This document shows, piece after piece, positions 54,800-64,000 of a stretch of DNA of 64,000 nt. The notes under the pieces were generated by a model. The model had not been told where the DNA came from. It ran no database searches and worked only from the letters and a program-made list of their open reading frames with translations. The DNA comes from Eledone cirrhosa (Eukaryota): assembly GCA_964016885.1 (NCBI GenBank), contig OZ024743.1:147064001-147128000 (forward strand), in the 5' to 3' direction. Position 1 is the stretch's first letter, and every line of letters starts with the position of its first letter. A program made the translations under genes and the position numbers.

Positions 54800-54925
54800 A
54801 TAATAATTGTTTCTACTTTAGGCACAAGGCCAGCAATTACTCAGTACATTACTGGTACTTTATTTTATCGACCCCGTAAGGATGAAAGGCAAAGTTAACC
54901 TAGGCGGGATTTGAACTCAGACTGT
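54800..54925 (-). mobile_element. Meta/MESC-like SINE (5' truncated)
   Basis: Same family sequence. Confidence 0.75.
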
Positions 54926-55525
54926 AATAATATAGTCTCTGTCACTTTCATAACTTCAAATCATTAGTTCTCTAAACTTATTACTATATAATTTATTTAA
55001 CCTCACCTAAACTTATAATTATAAGTCCATTGCATTAAACATTATTAACCAATGCAAATAAAATAATTCACTGCTAACAATAAATATTCATAAGTTATGT
55101 CTTTTACTATATCTTATAAGCCCAGAAGCTGTAAAAACAAAGCAATAAATATATGTAATAGGAAACCTGGAAAGTGATTGTGTTTAAATCAGTTAATGAA
55201 TATATGGGTTAAGGTTAGGGTTAACTCCTGATTGAGGAGAGGAACGTTGTAGTGATACACAGCCAATTTTTCCAGGGAAAAAGAGCGAGAGAAAATGTTA
55301 GAGACAGTAAGAATCAACCCGAGTACTAGGCTGGTACATAATTTATCGAACTCGAAAGGATGAAAGGCAGAGTTGATAACGGTGGGAAATGAACTCAGAC
55401 CGTAGAAAGCTGGCATGGGTACTGTGAAGCATTCTATCTGACGTAATGACTCTGCCAATTTGTTGCCTTATCTTTAAATATACATCACTATATATTGAAT
55501 ATTCTGATTTTGTTTGTGTGAGCAA

Positions 55526-55590
<65 letters not shown>

Positions 55591-55752
55591 TAAATATATA
55601 CATATACACATACATATATATATATAGTTGCATACATGCACACACACACACACACACACATGTATATATATATATATTTGTGTGTGTGTGTGTGTAACAC
55701 CAAATATATATATATATATATATAATGAGTTAATAACTCTATATTTTATTTG

Positions 55753-55785
<33 letters not shown>

Positions 55786-56220
55786 TGTATACACTAACAT
55801 ATATAAATACATACATATACATATAAATAGTTGTACGCTTGTTTTGTTTTTGTCATTTATGCTCCTTTCATTCGTTATATCTCTTTTTTTTCCTCTCTCA
55901 TTCCTTGCATCCATTAAATACAGTAATGGCAGTGAAAATTGTTCGACAACGTTCCATTGATTACTTTTCAGTGACTTTATTTCGGCTTCTCTGGAATTAT
56001 TTAGCTTTTAATAAATTTTAGTCTCGGCTCCACTATGTCCATTTTCTCTTGCCGTTTTCATATTCCTATCCTTTTTGGTTGAGCACTAGGAAAAGAAGTT
56101 TTGTTATTTACTTATTTTCGTCTGCTATATTGTTTGTTTGTTTGTGTTTTTTGAAGGAATTTATTAAAGTTTGTCCGCCCCCTCCACCTTCTCCCTCTCT
56201 TCTTCTTCTTTTTCTTCTTC

Positions 56221-56261
<41 letters not shown>

Positions 56262-56869
56262 ATATTTAATATTGTTGTTATTGTTGTTGATGTTTTTGTT
56301 CTTGTTATAGCTTGGCGACAGATTTTTAATGGCGGTAAAATGAATGCAGCAATCTACTCGTTTCGGACTGCACATACAATAAAAAAAAAAAATAATAAGC
56401 TTTTTTAATCTTGTACATTTTACATGTTTGTGCATTTGATTCAGTACAGATTTGCAGATGTTTTTGACGATGATAATGATGATGAGGATGATGATGATGA
56501 TGATGATAATGATGTTGATAAGGATGATGTTGAGGATAAAAATGGATAAAAATGATAATAGAACCTATGGGAATGATGTTAATGATGATGTTAATGTTGT
56601 CGATGAAGTCATGATGATGATGATGATAATGATGATGATAATTTTCTTATTTAACCCTAGGTAGTCACTGATTGAGCAACATATGATGGTAGGCGTCCTT
56701 GTCATTACTACTTTGTGTTTGTGGAGGCAGAACTACATCGTCCAGTGTATATTTTTTTTTTAGACTGTAGGGAGCGCTTTTTAGCAGATCAACCAAAATG
56801 TAGAGGTTTTCGATTACTAATTAGAGGTGTTGCTGTAAGCTACGAGAGTAATTATATAATGATGGACAT

Positions 56870-57090
56870 AATAATGGTTTCTAATTTAGGCAAAAGGTCA
56901 GCAATCTGAGGGGGGAGGAAGTCGATTATATCAACATTACAACATGACTGGTTCTTTATTTTATCGACCCAGGAAGGATGAAAGGTAAAATCGACTTCGA
57001 TGGGATTTGAACTCAGAGCGTAAAGAGCCGTAACTATATACCGCAAAGCATTTTACCCGATGTTCTGCCGATACTGCCAATCCACTGACC
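56870..57090 (-). mobile_element. Meta/MESC-like SINE (older copy)
   Basis: TTTTATCGACCC..GGATGAAAGG..GGGATTTGAACTCAG..CTGCCAATCCAC. Confidence 0.75.
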
Positions 57091-58348
57091 TAATGTTGGG
57101 CATGCTTAATGATACAGATCAAGGATGATGATAGTGTTGTCGGTGATAATGTTATTTTATCGCTCTTTCATAAACATTTTAGGAGGAAATTATGCTCAAA
57201 CGAGAGATCTGATTCGATTGTGTGTATGGAATGGACTCTGCCAAACGCATCTAAGTACTAAACAGTGGTATTAAACAAGGCGACAGATTAAGCGTATCGC
57301 CCAAGTAGAGGTGTGATCCCTCTGACCAGCTTCTACAAAGTTTAACATTGAGAGGACAGACGTCTATTACGGTGTAGCACTATGTATACATAACTTCTAC
57401 CATGACCTTGTGTCGACTCAGTATTTGTGAGTGAAATTTGGTAAATTGTGTGAGACTTCGTTGACAGGATCGTTCAACACACTCATCTGAACCGTAGTTG
57501 TTTGTACCGGAGACCATTCGGTTGTAAGCATTCAGAAGTGGCCCCTGATCTGAGAATAAATTAATTCCACCTTTCCATCAATTTCAGACGCCCTGAAATG
57601 AATCGTGGGTGCTGGTCTTCCTCCTTTAAGAGAAAAAGAAGTCAGCATTGCAGCCATCATCATCTGATCTTATTTTTGGACAATTTATCCAAGACTACAT
57701 ACACTATACAAAGTGTTTATATAATGTGTTGCTTGAGGGAAATTTGGCTGCTATTTTTAGTAGTTTTAATGAATGCGCTCCCTTCGGCTTTATAACTTTA
57801 GATATGAGAAAATCTGACAGGGGGAATATTCAAATAACAAACAAATTAAAGAGAACACTTAGATTATCTCTGACGAAGCCAAGAAAGGATCCTCTGTGTG
57901 ATCGCTTGACAATTAGAAATAGACATAATTCGTCCTCAAACTGCTGATTGTCAGTTTTTAATTGTACCTATTAAACAATTTTGTCAAGACATATTCCAAA
58001 CAAAACGATGAAGTAGCCATGACTGGAATTACCCTTGATTCCAGTTTAGTTTCCTCCGTCAGGCTTGACCGTGGCTAAACAACATATCGTTTCTGTCTCA
58101 AGCATGCCATATTAGAGAAACAGAAAATATCTGTGTAAACAACCTGAAAAGAGAGGAATTTTTAAGCAACTGGGATATTTAAAATGAATATAAATGAAAG
58201 AATAGCAGATGATGTGTGTGATGTGTGAAGAGATTTGTGAAAATGAAATATTTATATATTTTTTTTATTTACTTTTTTTATTTCTTTATTTATTTAATTA
58301 TTTATTTCATTCATTCTTTGTTTCTTTGTTTCTTTGTTTCTTTTTTTT

Positions 58349-58407
<59 letters not shown>

Positions 58408-59693
58408 ACTATTACACATTTATACACGTGATAAGAAGAGAATCGACAGCACTCGTAACCCTTTTCAGGTTCTACAATACTGGCAAGGAAAAGGAGGAAA
58501 GTAGCCTTTAGACCTACTTTGAGGGAATGCTTGCAACAGAGTGTACTCTAAAAAAGGTGTCAATGGGTCAGCTGTTGGTGTTATAGAGACATCAGAGGAA
58601 GCCAATCACCTAAATTCCACGTACAATATAAACATTGACCCTTACCAGTCATCGAGAAAGCCTCTATATGGTCATTTGACTTGCTAGAAATAGCTGCCAA
58701 ATTTCTTCAACTCACATACTGAGAATTTAAGAAAGATACATTAGACAATGAGACTATGATTAAACTGTACATAGCGAAAATAGGGAATGGACATGCTTGG
58801 AATCTCTTTGATCATAGATTTGCTCGATCAGGGGTTACATGTGGTTATGCTGATGAAGATAAGAGAAACCTCGCCAGTTTTGACGATCATTGTTCCAGTT
58901 CTTTCGTCAATGGAACTGCCTACATGTAAGCAAGTGAGTATTCCTTAGATAAATGTATCCTTAACGAAATTCTCGTGGAAATTCAATTTGACGCAATTTG
59001 TATGAAGAATGGCTCTTTTACCAACAACTCCACTCCACCCAACAGGCTTGCAAACAGTATCCATTTACCCAATTTCACCAACATGTTTTGGCTCTACCGG
59101 AGGCTATGGTTAAAGACATTTGCCTAAGGTACTCCTTAGCGGGATCAAACCCGGAATATCATGTTTGTGAAACCAACTTCTCAACCACTTGGTCATGTTA
59201 CATCCATGTGGCTAAACAGCAACTTAAGTTATCTATTTATGACTTTGGATTTATTTCTACTTTCTTTCATTTCATTGTGGATATAAATGAGATATATATG
59301 ACTGTGTGTCTGGTAAGATAATATAATGTAAACATAGTTACAGCAAACATCGCTAATGATGTGATTATTCATCAGACTAAGGACTATTATCAAAAAACAC
59401 AATACTTTACAATTGAAAACACATAGACAAAGGACATATAGACAACAGATGTATACCTTCATGTGCACACATATATACGTAAACACGCACAAACACATAG
59501 GCATACACACGCAAACACACATACACACACACAAACAGAAATATATTTACTAACAAATTTACACTTATCACATCTTTCCTATGTACTTTCTCATAATCAA
59601 TATTGTTTATTGTATTGCGTTTTAATCATTGTGTATGCTGAATAACAAGATAAGTCATGACACCAGTAGTGCAAACCAATCATCCACCCTCGC

Positions 59694-59751
<58 letters not shown>

Positions 59752-59790
59752 TATATAAGTGTGTATATATATATGTATATATATATATAA

Positions 59791-59868
<78 letters not shown>

Positions 59869-59869
59869 T

Positions 59870-60300
<431 letters not shown>

Positions 60301-60555
60301 ATATATATATACATATATATGTATGTATGTACATATATATATATGTGTGTGTGTGTGTGTAAGTGTGTAAGTGTGCGTATTTGTGTATGATTGTATGTAT
60401 ATATTGTTCAACAAACATAGAAAATAACTACACAGTCTTCTCGTGGGAAAAAATAATAATAATGTCTCAACGTATCGGACGTTAGTCCTTCGGTAGAATA
60501 GGGTAAAGGAAGGCTTTAAAACTATGTATGAAATACAAAATAAATAGAGCTTAAT

Positions 60556-60726
60556 TGGCAGCATCGGTAGAGGGTCGGACATGCTTTCAAATCCCGCGTT
60601 CAAACCCTGAGTTCAAATCCCGCCGAGGTTAACTTTGCCTTTCATCCTTACGGGGTCGATAAAATAAAGTACCAGTAATGTACTGGGTAATTGCTGGCCT
60701 TGTGCCAAAAGTAGAAACAATTATTA
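60556..60726 (+). mobile_element. Meta/MESC-like SINE
   Basis: Same family sequence. Confidence 0.8.
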
Positions 60727-61409
60727 ATCTAGAGTAGAGATTCTTCAAATGTTTTAGGCGACCCTCCCCGTCACGGCCATGTAATACCCTCAGTGTCCTC
60801 CAACACTATTTCCGGTGACATCTGCCTACACGCAAGTTGTAAATAATATATAATAAATAAAATCGTTAATGTGTATGATAAATAATATAATATATACTAT
60901 GATTAAATAAATATTATATATTTTTTATTTTACTCTATTTATATATAATATGTATCATTTACTATTTCATGTACTATTATATCATCTCTACATCTCTACC
61001 ACCCCCGCTACCCCCTTAGGCACCAGCGACCCCTGGATCTTCTCAACGCCCTCGGAGAATAGTAGCGTCCACTTTGAGAACCTTTGATCTTGGGGATCAT
61101 CTGACACTGAATATGATGATAACTGTTATGGTATTTATATAAATTAGAAAATATACATAATTGAAACAAAAGGCGATTATATTACTGGATGTTCACATAT
61201 TTTACTTCCAAATATATTTCAATTAATAGAAATTATTTAGAAGTTGAAAGTATCATTTTACCCATAGGAAGTTGTCTCTCTCACTGTTTAACAATAGTGT
61301 GCACTCTGGCCAGCTAAGTTCGGATTTTAATAATACGAAATTAGTTTTCCATATAGTGAGTGAGGAAATGGCCGAAGTTATGTCCACTCTATTCGATTGG
61401 CTTCGTCTC

Positions 61410-61510
<101 letters not shown>

Positions 61511-61623
61511 TAAAATAACAGATTAAAGTTTAAGCAAAGAATCGCTGCTTTCACCCTTAACGGGATCTTCTGAAACTACTTATCGAGCCCTCTCTGGATT
61601 TTAGTCTTCAATTTTATTATTAT

Positions 61624-61677
<54 letters not shown>

Positions 61678-61679
<2 letters not shown>

Positions 61680-61852
61680 CGAAGGAAATGTGGTAAGGAA
61701 CCAGGTGGACCATAACGCACCAAAGTACTCAATACTTAGGGTAATAGAGTGGGTAATAGGAACGAGTAGGACACCGACGGCTGAGCTCAAGCCGTTTCGA
61801 GGGCTAATTCTGGACGAAACGGCTTGAGCTCAGCCGTCGGGTCCTACTAGTT

Positions 61853-61855
<3 letters not shown>
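61678..61855. mobile_element. Family E fold-back, second copy
   Basis: Aligns with 52710-52900; TA flanks. Confidence 0.7.
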
Positions 61856-61943
<88 letters not shown>

Positions 61944-62187
61944 GCTGATTATTTATTTTGTTTGTTTCATTATTTGGGCAGATTTTTGTTCTTTTCTTTT
62001 TACTCCTGCAGTTTCCTTTCGCTGTTAAATGAAATAAATGAAATGCACACACACACACACATATATACATATATGCATACACACACAGATACATACATGC
62101 ATACATACATGCGTACACACATGCATAATCTGCTTTTTAATTATAAATATATTTCTTAAATTACCTGTTATTCATCTCCCTATGTCC

Positions 62188-62370
62188 CGGCAGTATCGGT
62201 AGAGGGTCGGACGCCATGCTTTCCAGCATAGTTACGTCCCTTTACGATCTGAGTTCAAATCCCGCCGAGGTTGACTTTGCCTTTCATCCTTACGGGGTCG
62301 ATAAAATAAAGTACCAGTAATGCACTGGGTAATTGCTGGCCTTGTGCCTAAAGTAGAAACAATTATTTAT
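62188..62370 (+). mobile_element. Meta/MESC-like SINE
   Basis: GGCAGTATCGGTAGAG..GAGTTCAAATCCCGCC..GGGGTCGATAAAATAAAGTACCAG..GTAGAAACAATTATT. Confidence 0.82.
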
Positions 62371-62559
62371 TACTAACTCCATAATTGAATTTTTTTTAAT
62401 GAATAACCTACTTATGGAGTGAAACAAATTATATACACATCTTAGAAGCCAGATCTCTTTGTAGAAACATATAAATGCACACGGACCACCCTCTCTCTGT
62501 CTCCCCCCCCCCCACATATATATATATATATGATATATATATATATATATATATATATG

Positions 62560-62592
<33 letters not shown>

Positions 62593-62769
62593 TATGTGTG
62601 TGTATGTGTGTGTGAGTGAGTATTGTGGGTTTCTGAGTATTTTCCGTTCTTGTACAATTTAAATATATTAACTAATTTTGCCAATTCAACATTTTCATTA
62701 CAAACACACATACACGCACTCATGTACACACACATGTATATACATACATATGTATACATCCTTTGCACA

Positions 62770-62890
<121 letters not shown>

Positions 62891-63139
62891 GTATGTATAT
62901 ATGTATGTATATTTATATAATTGAATTTAAAAGAGAAGTGTTCAAGGTGATATTATTTCAAAGAGCTGTAAATGTAGACCTTTCGGAAGAAGGAGAAGAA
63001 GAAGAAGAGAAAACTTCTGTCAAAGTGAAAGATTTTGTAATACTGTTTATAGATTTCAATAGAAATTGTTGAAATGAATAGACTGGTGTGTTTTTAAAGT
63101 GAGAGGGTTCAAGTGGAGTAATTGTATTTATATTCCTGG

Positions 63140-63460
63140 TCAGCATCATCATAACCATTATAATCACCCTTACGACCACCGACATCACCGACATCACCAC
63201 CACCACCACCACCACCACCACCAACATCACCCAACCACTCACCATCACCCCCACTACCACCATCAACTTCACCCAATATCATCCAACCACCCACAATACT
63301 ACCATCATCACCCCCACCACTAACACTACCATCATCACCCCCATCACCACCACCACCATCATCATCATCATCACCCCCAATACCACTATCGTCATGAACA
63401 TGGTTGTGACCATCATGATCCTCATCATGTTTATCATGATTAATATTACAATTATCATCA
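63140..63460. repeat. (CAC/CAT)n trinucleotide array
   Basis: Direct reading. Confidence 0.9.
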
Positions 63461-64000
63461 TGTTTCTTTTTAATCATTATGCACTGGGTAATTGCTGGCC
63501 TTGTGCCTAAAGTAGAAACAATTATTGATAGCAGCTATTTCGCAATATTTTTTTAACTACTTCACTTATGTTACAATTGCCCATGTTGTTTACTATACTT
63601 ATATATAAAATTCCTACTGAATGCAAACCTACCCTGTCTAGTATAATTGTTTGGAACAGCAAAATTCCTGTATATTAACAAAGATGAGCTCTTCTTCAAA
63701 TGTGAGCGTTTTTATATAAATCACTGAAGAAGAGAATATAAATCGTCGATTGTTTTGAAGTACACATCTTTTTGACTCGGATTATATATATGTATTTTCA
63801 TCTGTAATCATGGGTAGCACGTTGCAACTTTGAACAAGACACTTTATTTCATGTTTCTTCAGTCCACTCAGCTGGCAAAAATGTATTGTACCTGTAATTC
63901 AAGAGGCCAGCCTTATCACACGTTGTGTCATGCCAAATCTATCAGTGAACTTTGTTAAGGGTGCACAATTCTGAGGAATTCTCAGGCTAATTTCATGCGC

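Noticed and set aside
58845-58880. CTGATGAAGATAAGAGAAAC and other isolated CTGANGA words (37487, 38794, 14036)
   Set aside because: No stem II or stem I pairing; these are expected chance matches.

Overview
Repeat-saturated, AT-rich eukaryotic DNA with no confidently identifiable host gene. The SINE content and microsatellite density suggest a mollusc, probably octopus (inference). Conventional elements: two Tx1/L1-clade LINEs (an intact ORF2 at 3-3149; a full-length but degraded copy at 28533-33876 with a 12-bp TSD), a decayed RLE-type (R4/Dong-like) LINE inserted in (TATG)n, a decayed DD37D-like Tc1/mariner transposase, non-autonomous Helitrons, MITEs, RTE fragments, many tRNA-derived SINEs and a decayed Penelope-like (GIY-YIG) ORF. 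The standout signal is a set of short non-coding elements from several unrelated sequence families, embedded in (TA)n tracts and mostly built as asymmetric fold-backs. They carry minimal type I hammerhead ribozyme folds (about 15 good motifs read by eye, plus degenerate ones). Many families share a TTGAGTRC-like motif roughly 40-65 nt from their 3' end. In two copies an internal deletion ends at, or within 2 nt of, the predicted self-cleavage site. Most short ORFs in the track are microsatellite artefacts. All folds and alignments were done by eye, so coordinates may be a few nt off.
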